Of a stretch of 64,000 bases of DNA, positions 22,852 through 36,500 are shown one piece after another. Source of the stretch: Octopus sinensis (taxonomy: Eukaryota); NCBI RefSeq assembly GCF_006345805.1, contig NC_043002.1, positions 118,358,001 to 118,422,000 of the forward strand, written 5' to 3'. Within the stretch, counting starts at the first letter, position 1; each line of letters opens with the position of its first letter. The position numbers and the translations under genes were made by a program. Below the pieces are notes generated by a model. That model saw nothing but the letters and a program-made list of their open reading frames with translations. It did not search any database and was not told the origin of the DNA.

Positions 22852-24118
22852 TTAGGTTGTCAAGAAAATTCTTGCAGTTTTTAACCTTTAAATTCAGATG
22901 CATATTTCTCAGCTCAAACAAAACTATATTAATCGAAATAAACACCATCAGAATCAACACACTTTTACCAATGCGAAACAAGTATATTTATGCCAGTAGC
23001 ATAAAAATCCTGCGTTCTGGTGGCGATGAAGTCATGTTTGGTATCGTCTTGGTTTTTGAAGCATTTCTCATGCAGGAAGTTGTCGAGATGCTTCAAAAAG
23101 TGGTAGTCGGTAGGTAAGAGGTCTGGTGAGTATGGCGGATGAGGCAGAGTTTCATAGCCCAATTCGTTCAACTTCTGCAGGGTCAGTTGTGTGATGTGCG
23201 GCCAAGCGTTGTCATGGAGAAGAATTGGTCCTTTTCTATTGACCAATGCTGGCTGTTGTTGTTGGAGTTTCTTATGCATTTCATCCATTTACTGACAGTA
23301 CTTCTCCACTGTAATGGTTTCGCCTGGATCCAAAAAGCTGTGGCGGATGAAACCGGCCGCAGACCACCAAACAGTCACTATGGCCTTCTTTTGGTACAAC
23401 TTTGGCTTTGGGAATTGCCGTGGAGCTTCATCAGCATCCAACCACTGAGCTGAGCATCACTGGTTGTCGTAAAGAATCCACCATCATCGCAAGTCACAAT
23501 CTGGTTGAGAAACAGGTCACTCTTGCTGCATAAAAGAAAGGAAGACGACACTTCAAAACAGCATTTTTTTTGGTTGTCGTTCAATTTGCGCGACACCCAT
23601 TTCTCAAGTATTTTTGTTTTTCCAATCTCTTTCAAGTGGTTGAAAATTGTATACGTTATGTCTAATTCAGAAGCAAGCTCTCGAACAGTTGCGTGGATTG
23701 GCTTCGACTAGAGTGCTTAGCTGATCGTTGTCAAAATCCAATGGCCAACCATTACACTTATCATCTTCAAGACTCTCGTCACTGCTACAAAATTTCTTGA
23801 ACCACCATTGTGCTGTATGTTCATTAGTGGTTCCTGGGCCAAATGCATCATTGATATCGAGAGCTGTTTCAGCCACCTTTTGGCCTAGCTTGAACTGGAA
23901 TAAGAAAATTGTGTGAATTTGCTTTTTGTCCATGTTGTATTCAACATTCTGGAAAAAATGGCCTAATTATTCAAAAAGAAAAAGAGTAACCCGATTATAT
24001 AGAGCGAAAAATGGACTTTAAAATGATATATAAAGTCAAAGTAATTTAACGAAAATTAATTTGAAAATACATCATTTAAAACTAAAATTAAAAATTCTGC
24101 AAGAACTTTCTAACCTAA
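22852..24118 (-). mobile_element. Tc1/mariner (DD34D mariner) transposon, full length, transposase pseudogenised
   Basis: ATG at 23933, MDKKQIH..FKLG..AETA..IN.AFG; IVTCD; LLHDNAWPH; HPPYSPDL.PTDYHF; imperfect TIRs TTAGGTT..AGAAA.TTCTTGCAG at both ends. Confidence 0.9.
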
Positions 24119-26445
24119 AAGTGGATAGAGCAGAGGAGGTTGTTGCTTGGAATTACAAATAAAAAGTTCATGATGGGAAGTGTATAATGTTCTCAACAAT
24201 TCACTGTTACATTTGATAGTTGAAAAGGACACACAGCTAAAATCATGTCTTCCACAGAGAATTAGTGTAAATTCCTAGATTTTTGAAACTATTCAATCTA
24301 TAAGAATAGCAAAAGAAAACAAAAATTATTTTCATAAATTAAAAAAATTATTCCAGTTTTTATTCAATATAAAAATATTTGTATTATACAAACTCTGAGC
24401 TAGTGTTCTTTTATGTCAATGAGATCCAAAAATATATTCATAGTAAATTCTTATTTTATCACTAAACATACTGATTCTTTTTCAGTGGAAGGACAACCTC
24501 AACTCATTTCTGGTACACATTTTACCAATGAAAGGTTAACCCTTCCGTTATTATATTTCTACCTTTGTTTCAATTAATTTTGAAACTTATGAAGATTTTA
24601 GTTAACCCTTTAGTGTTCAGATATTTAAATTGTTTTGAATTTACCCTACATTACCTTGTAGTCTTGAAATTTTGATGATGTGACTGTTTATGTTTAAAAT
24701 GACATTCTAGAGTAGGCATGAGGCCGGATCTGACCAGTTTGAACATAGAGCAAGTATTTTGACCAGATAAGACCAGTTTAAATAACTTTGTCATTATGAA
24801 GCTGGTATTTAAAACACAAATTAACTTGAAATTTTGATGGAAATTTTTAATTAAAATCATTTTTAAAACAAGAAATTTGTATTAGAGAACTCAGAGCATC
24901 CACAGGTGAGTTGGTATCAAAAAGATTAAGTTGCCTAGTATGAAATAAATATTCAGACAGAAGAATCAAAGTAAATCCTACAAACTACTAATCATGTGCT
25001 TTACAATTTCTATAGATTACTATTTCATTGTTATTTATATAAAGAACAACCTGTCTTAAATCAAGGTTGTCTCATTATTTATCAACCATAAAATAGGTTT
25101 ACATAAAATTCCATATCAAGATAATAGGCTACATTTTTTATCCTTCATTAAATATAAGTGGCATGGCTAAGAGGATTCAAAGGTTGGTAAATAGTATTTC
25201 TGAACAGAACATTATATTTCCTTAGTTTGCTTTGCTGTGCTACTAGAACATCTAGGAAGTCTGCATCACACAAATGTATTTTTGAGTGGAAGTCTTATCA
25301 CTCATCCATCAAACAGCATGAAGTGGAGTTGGACAGATTCTTTGAAAGCCCTTTGAGTGTTAAAGATCACTGAGACTCTTTAAATCATCATTTACATTAT
25401 ACTAAAATGTGTAAAACTAGGAGTAAAAATATTACCCTTCTATTGATCATGTGCCTAAATAGGTAAGTAAAACATAAAGGGAATAAGAGGGTGAGGAATT
25501 ACTTTTTATTCTTCTCTTTCTATTTTCTAAAGCTCTAGTTTTTGGTGTTGTTTTTTTTTTTTTACCTAAGGATGTATGGTTAAATTCTGTTAAATCCATG
25601 AGTGAACTTTTGGTTACCTATTTGAGTCAGGATACTGCAGAGTGACAAAAATCATTTTAGATATTCACTAAAAGATACAAATTGAAGTTTTCCAATTTAG
25701 ATCTACCACTTGATAGTCAAGCACAACCTTTAAAACAAAACCTATACATTCTTTTGGTTCAATATTAGCTTTCTTTGTCAAGGAGAATGGAATCATGAGC
25801 TAAACCTTTCACAGATCACAAAGAATGATAGAGCTAAGACTTTATTTAAGACTCTATATAATTAATCTGATGGAAAATAAGACAATATTGAACAGGATGC
25901 CAGGCAGCCATAGAAAGCTACAAACTTCAGTTTAAAAGCCAGACTGCAGTTAAACCCACTTGAAAAAAAAAAATGCCTTTCAGTTACTTTGGCTAAAGCT
26001 CACACTCTCTTACTCTTCCTTAAATCCTTTACTGTTACAATCACTTCCAATCCCACTTGTTAACAAACTTTCAAGAAAATATTACCAAGACTTTGCCAGT
26101 CTAACCATTGATTCAAAACTCTAAACTATTCCAAATCTTCCAAGACCCAGAAACCTAACACTCCAAATTGGTTTACTGAGAATGGTGTTATAAGCAAGTC
26201 CCCACCACATGTACAAAGTTAATTGTTGTCACTAATTTTCAATAATTTATTAGAGTTAAAGACCTGATGGTATTATTCAATGCATGTCCCCAAATTCCTC
26301 ACCTTCTAATAGCCATCATGGAAGCACACCAACCACCTCTAATATCCTTCCTTTGCTTTCCTACATCACTGTTGTCAAAGTTAATATCTTTGTTATTTGT
26401 TTCACATCTGACGCCATTTTCAATGTAAACATGTTCCTTTATCTT

Positions 26446-26728
26446 TACCTTTTTACTTGTTTTAGTCATTAGACTGCGGCCATGCTAGGGCATCACCTTG
26501 AAGAATTTTAGCTGAAGGAATCAACCCCAATACTTCACACCAACACAGGTTGTCAAGTGGTGGGGGTGAGGATACAGACACACACACACATATATAACAG
26601 TTTTATATCAGTTTCTGTCTACTAATTCCAATCACAAAGCTTTGATCAGCCCAAGACACCTGCCCAAGGTGCCAGGAATCCAGAACCATGTGGTTGGGAA
26701 GCAAACTTCTAACCACACAGCCACGCCT
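26446..26728 (-). mobile_element. tRNA-derived SINE, family A
   Basis: Collinear with 5768-6181. Confidence 0.7.
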
Positions 26729-28692
26729 TTCACTGTTCCCCAGCTATCTTCACTGCTAATTTCAATAATTCCTTTTTCTTAACATAACCAAATCCAGATT
26801 TAAAATTATACCATTGCACCAGGTGCATTAAAAAATTCAGCTTCGGTATAACAGACATGCCACTATTCCTTGTAAGGAATTTCTCTCTTCCAAATTAATC
26901 CATTTCTTTGAGAGCCAATGTAACACTTGAGGAGCACATGCACACTAAGCTCTTTGAATATTCCAAACATGACTAATTATGCTAAAGCTGTATCCAGATT
27001 AAATCTCCTTTTGAGAAACAGGTGTTTTATTTGACTTAGCTGCCTTATCAGATTCAATACTCAAGTCACAACTTGAATATGAATTACAATGTTTTCACGT
27101 CTCAGGAGGATTGGTGTTTCCTTCATAATCCAATGAAAGCCTTTATAAATTGGGATAGTGGTGGGTAAGTAAGATTGGAGTGGATACTATAAAGCTGGAA
27201 ACAATTAGGATTAGGGTGACGATACAATATAAATTTAGATGGCAGTTCCACATTTTGAAATACTGACAAATCATTTAAATCCAAAACAAACCTCTAAGAA
27301 AAAGAACAATAAAAGACTACAAAAACATTCCCAAGATTCTAAATTCTTCTGATTGATTTTAAACATTATCTAAGAATGACTGAAACCAAAAATGTGTTGT
27401 TTATATCGATAAAGTTACATAAGGATCAAAATAAAAATAAATTTTTGTAAATACAGCAAACAGAAATATTTTATGGGCAAACTTTTGAAGAATTTTGCTA
27501 AAAGGTAGGGATTTGTGGAAATGGTGTTAATTAAATATTGTAAAGTGTTTATTCTAGTACTACCATTTCTCCCAAATAATATCCTGGATATGAAAAGTAG
27601 CAAATTAATGAAATATTCATGTGATTAGCACTCTGTGTACAAATATAAAGCTCTCTTATTAGCACCAATTTACAGTTAGATTAATGGAGATCAATGCAAG
27701 TCTTTCCCAGGATATAAGTAAAGTATGAATGAAAAGTTGTAAAATGTTAACATTTAGGTCAGAGGGCAGTCTGTGTTAGAGTATTTAAGACATGGCATAT
27801 TCATCATCATCAATATCAGGTAGCATCTGCTCTTCCATGGGTCAGACAGAATTTGTTGAGGTAAACTCTAGAGCCAGATGCCCTTCCAGTCACCAACCTG
27901 CCCCTGTTACCAGTTAAAGTAATACTTCCCTGTTGCCTGTCATGTTTTCCACAGGTTCGAAATGCACAACATCACTTGTATGACAACAATGATCACTTAA
28001 AACCATATCATGTCATAAAAAGGATAGCCACAAGTACATAACACAGACTTCTAGTTTCTGTCTACCATAGCCACAGATGACGCCTTGATAGCTAATTTCA
28101 GAGACAAATTTTTAAAGTTCCTTGTACTACATATGGTAATATCCCCTGACCTATTATATTTCATGTGAAGGTGACTCTGAATAATACTTCTAAATAATAC
28201 ACTAACAGTTTAGTTAAATGCAGTCCTTTTCTTAGGCTTAGATTATTAAATTATGAGAGACAGAAAGAGGACAAGTAGATGCAATTACTTTTCGTTGTTT
28301 GGATCTGACTAAGCAAGTGTAGAGGCTCTCTTGCTGGCTTACAATGAGTCATCTTAAATATTATAGTTATACAAAGTGAATGACAGAGTGAAAATACTTC
28401 AACAGCACTGGAAGCAGTTTATTATCCACATCATTATCAAGTTTATCATAATTTAAAACAATCCCAAAAAATGGAATTATTGTTTGAAGATTACTTAAAA
28501 TGTAATTGATGATGAAATTACTTTTCATTTTTGAGGAAAAAATTAAATCATAATAATTATCTTCATTTATACAAGTACAAAAAGGAAATAATGAACTAAT
28601 GATTGTAGAAAGGGATGATTCTAGTCTTGTTTTAAGACTGGTTTGAAGATGTTTGTGGCCATATTAGGATATAAGCAAGCAGTTAAGTAAAC

Positions 28693-28870
28693 TGTGTTTG
28701 TCCCTCCACCATTGCTTGACAACCAATGTTGGTGTGTTTATGTCCACAGCAAAAGTGACTGATAGAATAAGTACCAGGCTTACAAAGAATAAGTCCTGGG
28801 GTTGACTTGCTTAACTAAAGACGGTGGTCCAGCATGGCCGCAGTCAAATGACTGAAACAAGTAAAAGAAT
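28693..28870 (+). mobile_element. SINE family A tail
   Basis: Reverse complement of the 5768-5960 tail (...CAGCATGGCCGCAGTCAAATGACTGAAACAAGTAAAAGA). Confidence 0.7.
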
Positions 28871-29389
28871 ATACATATATATATATATCTTCAATTAGAG
28901 GCTATGTCAGCCTCATGAAGGGATGGTGTCATCCAAGGAAATACTGTTTCAAATACCTAATATTTTGGGGGAACTGATTTCCTTAAAATAATAGGTATCT
29001 ATATAAAGCCATATAGTTTATATTCATATAAAAGAAGAAAAAAGAAAATGGAAATTGGGAAGTTAACAACTGATTATTAACAACAACAAATCAATCATCT
29101 TTCCTTACAGCTGTTTCAATGAACACGCAGTGAATTAAATATTGAATTCATATGCCCTGAGCATATTTTCCAAAGAAAAAAAAAATATACCCTTGGATGT
29201 TTTATATATGTATAATCAGTGATCCTCCCTTACATCTGTTGCAATTAATAAGTAAATTGATTAAATATTAAATTCATGACCTGAGCATAATATCTTCAGA
29301 GGGAATAAATATACTCTTGGTTTTTTTATATATGTGTTTAGGATTCATTATAGCAGACTGAATGATACTGTTTATGATTTGTATTTGTA

Positions 29390-29560
29390 TGTGTTTGACC
29401 AGTCTCCGAGTATAACTTCCACACTTGCTCACAAGCCATTTTATTGCACTTTAGTTGCTTGCTGGTGTTCGAAAAGGAAACTTTTTGCTGGTGGAATAAC
29501 ACGATTTTTGCTCTCATGACTGGACTGAGGCTACATTGTTTTCCCGTTATTGTCTGCATC
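29390..29560 (-). mobile_element. Tc1-like transposase N-terminal HTH fragment
   Basis: GKQCSLSPVMRAKIVLFHQQKVSFSNTSKQLKCNK..VWKLYSETG resembles a Tc1 paired-like HTH. Confidence 0.45.
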
Positions 29561-29745
29561 ATTCGAAAGAGAAATAAATTCTGCATAAGGTGTAAAAGAT
29601 AAAAATAATTTGTATGGTGTGAGTAACAAAATATTTTGCAAGAAATAGAACTTTTATCATCAGTCTTAAATTTATGTGTATATATACACATATATAAAGA
29701 TATATACATATATATATATATGTGTGTGTGTATATATATATATAT

Positions 29746-30345
29746 CATCATTTAACGTCTGTTCTCCATGCTAGCATGGGCTGGACGGTTTGACCGGGGA
29801 TCTGGGAAGCCAGGAGGCTGCACCAGGCTCCAGTCTGATCTGGCAGTGTTTGTACAGCTGGATGCCCTTCCTAATGCCAACCACTCCGTGAGTGTAGTGG
29901 GTGCTTTTAAACGTGCCAGGCGAGACTGGCAACAGCCACGATCAGATTGGTGCTTTTTATGTGCCACCGGCATGGAAGCCAGTCAAGGCGGCGCTGGCAT
30001 CGGCCACGTTCGGATGGTGCTTTTTATGTGCCACTGGCACAGGGATCACAACTACAATTTTCATTGATTTTCAATGTTGGTGTACTTGATTCAATAGATC
30101 TCCTCAAGCACAGGGTCGAAACGATGTTTCTTTACTTGTCACCTGCACAGGAGTCAGTCCAGCGGCACTGGCAAGTGCCGGGTGCCAGTCATAGGATTGG
30201 TTCAATTTCGATTCCGATTCCATTTGCCCCAACAGGTCTTCACAAGCAGAGTTTAGTGTCCAATGAAGGGAGGTTGGCATGGGTGCCAGTTGTCAGATGA
30301 GGTTCGATTTCGAATTCACTTGCCTCAACAGGTCTTCACGTGTCC
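29746..30345 (-). mobile_element. Well-preserved RTE-type 3' UTR / SINE with internal direct repeats
   Basis: Same family as 7450-7750; repeated GGCCACG..CGGAT.GGTGCTTTTTATGTGCCAC and ATTTCGATT..ACAGGTCTTCAC blocks. Confidence 0.75.
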
Positions 30346-30740
30346 AAGGAAGGAAAGGAAAGGAAATATATATATCTCCATGATTAAATTTCTATACACT
30401 TGTATACATACATGTTTATTATTTTCATATGCAAATTCAGAAGACACCACAAATTTACAAAACCATTAAAACAAATATGCGTCCCTCAAAATGCTATAAA
30501 ATAAACACAATAATTTAAAATTCCACTAACCAATCAGAATTAATTGACCAACATGGATCTATATTAAGTTCTTCTTAGGGGGTGATAGGTAGAAAGTGTA
30601 AACGTATATATGTAGATATATATATATATACATGGATGTAAATGTCAATGTGCAAATGTATTAATGTATTCACACACATACAAATGTGTATATAAATATG
30701 TGTGTGCATGTAGATGTATATATGTAAGTATATGCGAGTG

Positions 30741-30776
<36 letters not shown>

Positions 30777-32043
30777 CACATATATGAACCAACGAATGAA
30801 TGTGTGTATATATATGCATGTGTACTTGTATATATACAAATTTTATTAACTTTATTTATACCTTATAGACATATATTACATTCTTACCTTATTCATATTG
30901 AAATTTCCTCTATCATCTCCATTTAATTTATTCATCTCTTACTCTAATTCTATTTACCTACTCTGTCTTATCTCCAACCAACCAGCAAACCCCTTGCCCG
31001 AACACATACAAATACAAATCATAAACACATATATAAAACATCCAAGGGTATATTTTTACCCTCTGAAGATATGCTCAGGGCATATGAATTTAATATTTAA
31101 TTAATTCACTGATTATTAATTGCAACAGCTGAAGGAAGGATGACTAATTTTTTGCTGTTAATAATCAATTATTAACTTCCCAACCTCCATTTTCTTCTTT
31201 CTTCTATTATATATATATTTCTATTATATATATATGTATGTATATTGTGTGCCACTGTCTAAATGTCAGGTGACAGTTATAAACAAGCAAGACTCTGTTT
31301 CCAGTCTTCAGTGAAAATCAGGCCTAGCTATGGAAAAATACCTTTCTTGGAAATAAGTGAGGGTTGGCAACAAGGAAGGGCATCTGCCAGTAGAAAATCC
31401 ACCTCAGTAAGTTTTGTCTGAACTCACGCTAACATGGAGAAGTGGGGGTCAAATGATGATGATTATGGCGCAACTATAACTCTCCTACAAGCTTAAAATT
31501 CAAAACTGCATTGATGAGAGCTGTGAGGAGGGGGACATGTATATCATTAGAATATTACTGAATAAATGCAAATTGATTTGAACATGAAATTAGAAATATT
31601 GCATTTCCCTGTCAATATTTGTTTACTGTTCAAATTTATTTTTGAATTTTTCTGAAAAAAAATGAATTGTAAAAGTTATCACCAATCACATAAAAGAAGA
31701 GAATTATGAATCTGGATAAGCTTAATCAAGAAATAAATTAGTTGTATGTAATTTAACTGCTAATACATAATCAAGTAACTAATTTGTCCTCTATAACTCA
31801 TAATAGAACATTCCATGTTTGCCATTTTTCTTAAGTGTGAAGGAAAGGGTATTGCCCATGACCTTTACAGATCCTCCAAGACCAGTGGAGAAAGTACTGG
31901 GAATAGTGATTAGTGTAAGAGTGATGAGAGGTGAAAAGGCAAATGGACTGGAAGTGCCCATAGGCAAGCAATAGCAAAAACAGGAGACAGTTAATTAGTG
32001 GACCAGACTCACTGGAGCAAGTTGGTCAATGAATGATTATTAA

Positions 32044-32616
32044 TTAGTTAAGTTGCTCTTCTCTAGATGCAGTCCAGGACATGTGTGAGAAGTAGCAATA
32101 CCATCCAATATATAAATGCAGTACTCGATTGTAGGCCTCACTTGTACCTTGTAGAGTGTAGGCCAGCAGCTGTTGGGGGCTAAATATTTTATGACCTTGA
32201 TGGGCCAGTCTTAGGGACGCAGTCCTAGCTAAACTAAGGATATACTTTTGCCAGAAGAGATCCTTGGTGAAAGTGGGGTCCAACATTAAAAGTAACTGTA
32301 AAGGCTCTGTAAGGGAGTGTGGTGCAGTGGAGTTTTCTTGAGCTTTTTTTTTTTTACAGTTAAAAGAAATAAGGTTGGCATTGCCACAATGAAGAATTCT
32401 CTCAAGGTCTCCATTTATAGTGCAATTACAATATATGGTGTCTAGGTTGCTTGTGAATAATGCATAGCTGAAGAAAGGATGTGGCAGCAAGCAAGTCACT
32501 GATATACAAAAAAAAAGAACATGGGGGATAAAAGTGAAACCTAGGGATGAGGAAAGTGCAGAAAGAGGTCTGTCAACCCCTACTGCAATAGATAGGAAGG
32601 TACAGATCCAAGACAT
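32044..32616 (-). mobile_element. Probable Helitron RepHel N-terminal fragment
   Basis: 190-codon ORF with LHCGNA..PEPLQLLL..F.QKYILSLA..ASL..YTLQG..YNRV, resembling the Helitron helicase-like N-terminal region (CCxxG..PxPLxxLL..IRxYNxxxxxxSL..IxGxxYHR). Confidence 0.45.
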
Positions 32617-33416
32617 GAGAGACGAGTAGCATCTATAGCTAAAAAGTTTTGATAAAAGATTTGTATTTGTATGTCAATCACAGTTAAAGGCTTTGCTGAT
32701 GTTGAAAGTGACAATGTTGCTTTCACAAATTTTTATTTTGAAAATAGTGGAACCAGTTGTTATAAATGACCACAGTATGTTAAAAAAAAAAAGGTACTTA
32801 CCTCTCTCTCATGTTTGTGATAGATGAGATGAATTGTTCGATCTAATATTATCTAATAATAATTGGAACTGGTACCTGTTTCCCTACCATAGTTAAGTGA
32901 ATTGAAGCAATGAGAAATAAAATATCCTACATAAAAACACAATTTTGAATTAGCGACCCATGAACAGCAAGTCAAATACCTTATTCCTGAAGTTGTATTA
33001 CTCTTACACTGCATGTTATCTACTGTGAAGGAATCAGAGTTAACATCAGCAGAATTTCAACTGAAAACAGAGAAGTAACAAAACCAGATTGCAGAAATCA
33101 CTCAACAACATATAAAACTCATCCAAGCTTTTTTTACACAAGAATGTTAACCCTTTGCCTGCCCAAAGCATTGTTTTGGGACTTTTAGTTAGCCCATCCT
33201 GAGTAATATAAAGTTTTCCTTTCAGAAGTTCTAACTTACTCTGGTGGTTGAGAAAATTGGGAATGTGTATCATATATGATGCATGGACACAAAGGAAATA
33301 TGACTGAATCTAGATTCTATTAATTCTTTGTAACATTCCTTGTCTACCAGTGCAAATAAAGTACTTCCATCTTATATCAAATAAAGAAAAGAACAAATAT
33401 GTAAAAAATGTTCATT

Positions 33417-33422
33417 TTTATT
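33417..33422 (-). terminator. Candidate PHF5A polyadenylation signal AATAAA
   Basis: AATAAA on the minus strand 52 nt after the stop; the motif is common in this AT-rich DNA. Confidence 0.45.
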
Positions 33423-33474
33423 GACAATGAGAAAAAATAATTATGAATAATGATAAAATAAAAAAATATAAGTC

Positions 33475-33564
33475 CTATCTTTTCTTAAACCCATATTTTT
33501 TTCTTTCATAGAAAAGATCTGTCTTTGCACTTCCAAGATTCACAATTTTAGGGCAGCCATCCCT
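33475..33564 (-). CDS. PHF5A: PHF5A coding exon 4 ([29 protein letters not shown])
   Basis: TTTTCTAG| acceptor; TAG stop at 33477-33475. Confidence 0.97.
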   Translation of the reverse strand, partial: RDGCPKIVNLGSAKTDLFYERKKYGFKKR

Positions 33565-36500
33565 CTAGAAAAAGATAAATATTGACAAAATGCTGATAAA
33601 AAAAAAATCATTAATATGATAATGTAAAGAATACACATGGAAGGCATCATTAAAAAACGTATTTAGTCTTTGCTTTTGTTGACAAAAGCTAGATACGTTT
33701 TTTCATCAAGACAAAAAACAATGAAGATATTTGACATCTTTAACAATGTGCCTATTTTCTACATAAAAAGTTTCTACAGGGCACGTTATAAGTGAGTGTG
33801 TGCATGTGAGTGTTTGTGTTCATATCTGCTTGGTCTGATATCCCGGGGTGGTTGTAAGCAAGTGTTGCCATCAAGTGGTGTCATTCATTTCCAGCCTTCT
33901 AGGAAAACATGGGAATGATGACCTTACTTGGAAACAGGTGAAGGTTGGCATCAAGAAGTGCATCAGGCTATAGAAAATCTGCCTAAACAAATTTTGTCTG
34001 ACTCATGCAAGAATATATAAATGGATGTTAATATATATATATGTATGTGCGTGTGTATACATTTGTTTATTTAGCAATGGTTTGGACAGGTGTTATTTGA
34101 AGCAGGATTTTACAGCTGGATGGTCTTCCTGTCACCAACCCTTATGTGTTTTTCAAAGAAAGGATTTCTTTCTTCAAAAGTCTTCAATAGTGCAGACTGA
34201 CTGTCAATATCATCATCTACTTCTCTCAAACAGCAACAAGCAGTACAATGCTCCCTAGTTTCTCTGTGGATAGGAATATAATATTGTGTGAGCATTACAA
34301 TCATCATCATCATTTTAATGTCCCTTTTCATAATTGCATGGGCCAGAATAAATTCTTTGAGTCAGATTTTCTATAGCCAGATGCCCTTTGTATCGCCAAC
34401 CCACACCAGATTCCAAGTAAGGTAATATTACCCCACCCCCCATGGTTGAATATATTTTCACGGATTGGACATGAAGTACACTGCTTGTAGGACAGTGACA
34501 CTGATCTACAGCTATTGTATAATATCAAGACAAGGAGACATTGACATCACACATTTATATACACTATGGACTTTTTCAGCAACTCAAGGTTTTGGCCAGC
34601 CATGCCAGGACCCTGTGCTACTTACGGAATGGGTGTACTGGGCAGTTAGCCAGGGATCTCACAAATCAAGGGACCCATTTCTGATCTATAGATGCAGTGG
34701 TTTACTGTCAAAGAGTAAATATGATAGGACCCAGTGTTTTGATTTAGCCATGGTCCTATAAGATTACTAAGATGGCCTTAGCTGCACCTATAAATAAATT
34801 GATGATTTCAAAAGAAGAACAGCAAGCTATTTTTACTTGTAGAAAACCTAAACACAGAACAAAAAGTTTAATTTTAGTCTGAAGGTATATAGCCTAATGA
34901 GCTCATGATCATAAAGTCATGGTTCAATTCCTAGACTGAGTAGCATGATGAGTCCTTGAGCAAGGCATTTCATTTTAAGGTGCTCAAGTTTACTCAGCTG
35001 AAAATGAGTATCAGCAATAAGAGGAGTCTAACCTTGTGATGGAATGGCATCTTATCTAGTGAGGGGTCATGCATTCTCAGTTGCTTATAACGCTTAAGAA
35101 CTGAGATAAGTTCCAACCAAATAAGCTGGTCAGTTTGAGATGGACTTTAACTTCTTTCTATTGACATGATCTAATTAGGTGTAAGCGAACAATGCCTAGA
35201 GGCAATAAATAGGTACAGAATGTTTGAATTACCTGATTAGGTAAATGGCTGACAACAAAAGGCAACAGGGTTGATGAAACACCATCAATATACTAAATAA
35301 TTTATCATAGGTAATTAAATAATTGAACAGATCATTTTTAAGCAATTTAACTATCTAGCCCTATAACTCAGTAGAGTACTAGAGCTAATAGGTAAAATCT
35401 CATGAGATTTTCTTCATGAAAAAAAAGCAGTAATGAGTGACATTCATCGTCAACATTTAACACTTGTTTTCCATGCTGACATACATTAGACAGCTTGGTT
35501 TCTACGGCTGGATGCCCTTCCTAATGCCAACCACTTTACAGTGTACTGGGTGCTTTTTACGTGGCACTAGCACCAGTGCTTTTTATGTGGTACGAGAACC
35601 CACCCACACCAATACCTTGGTTTTAGGATTTCAATTCTGTTGTGGTGGGTGGGTGGGTCTTCAAGAACGAAATAAATGTAAATATACAGAGTGAATTTGA
35701 TGGACAGATTGGCTTCAAGGGAACTAAATAAAAAGAAAACGCACACAAGAAAATAGCAGAAACAACCAGATAATGCAAATTGGAGAATGACTATCTTATA
35801 ACCTTGTTTGAATCCTTTTAGTTTATATAATAATAATATTTAAAACATTAAGTATAAAAATGTACTAACATCTTTTTCCATGATGGTACATTCTTTGCAG
35901 TAATAAGCATCAGATACGCCTGGTCCCCCACAAATGACACAACGTCCTTGATATGAACCATAATTGCATTCATCACAGATACGCACCAATGTGCATGGTC
36001 GAACATAAGAATCACATATTACACATTTACCATCACCTTAAATATATAAAAAAAGAACTTTATATAAATTTAAGTTTCCACATTAAAGAAAGAATGTTAC
36101 TCAAAATAATAGAATAAAAGAAGCAAAATAAGAGTTAAATCATTTTAAACTAGCACATCCAAAACGAAGAAAAAAATGAATTATATGGAAATATCCTTTC
36201 AATATAAGGTGTACTAGCCACTGGGGGTGGGGTGTTACTGATGCTTTTAGCCCCAGGCGATCAGATGGCTAGTACACCTTACGTTGTCGAGCGGTTACTG
36301 TTTATATCTCGTTCAGAGATTTATTATTGCTTCCTTTCAATATGTTCTCTCAAAAGTCATTGCATAATAATAAAGCAAAAAAAGAAGACCAGAGCGATTC
36401 TCTCCCCTCGAGGGAAATTTCTCCCTCCCTTCTATTTCTTAGCAAATGCTCTTTCTCTCCACCTCTAACTCTGAAAGTAACCATAGGTGACAGCATCAAC

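Noticed and set aside
26740-26830. Minus-strand peptide LVQWYNFKSGFGYVKK resembling cold-shock domain RNP1
   Set aside because: No RNP2 (VFVH) motif, no splice sites, an early stop, and degenerate repeat-like context; too short to support
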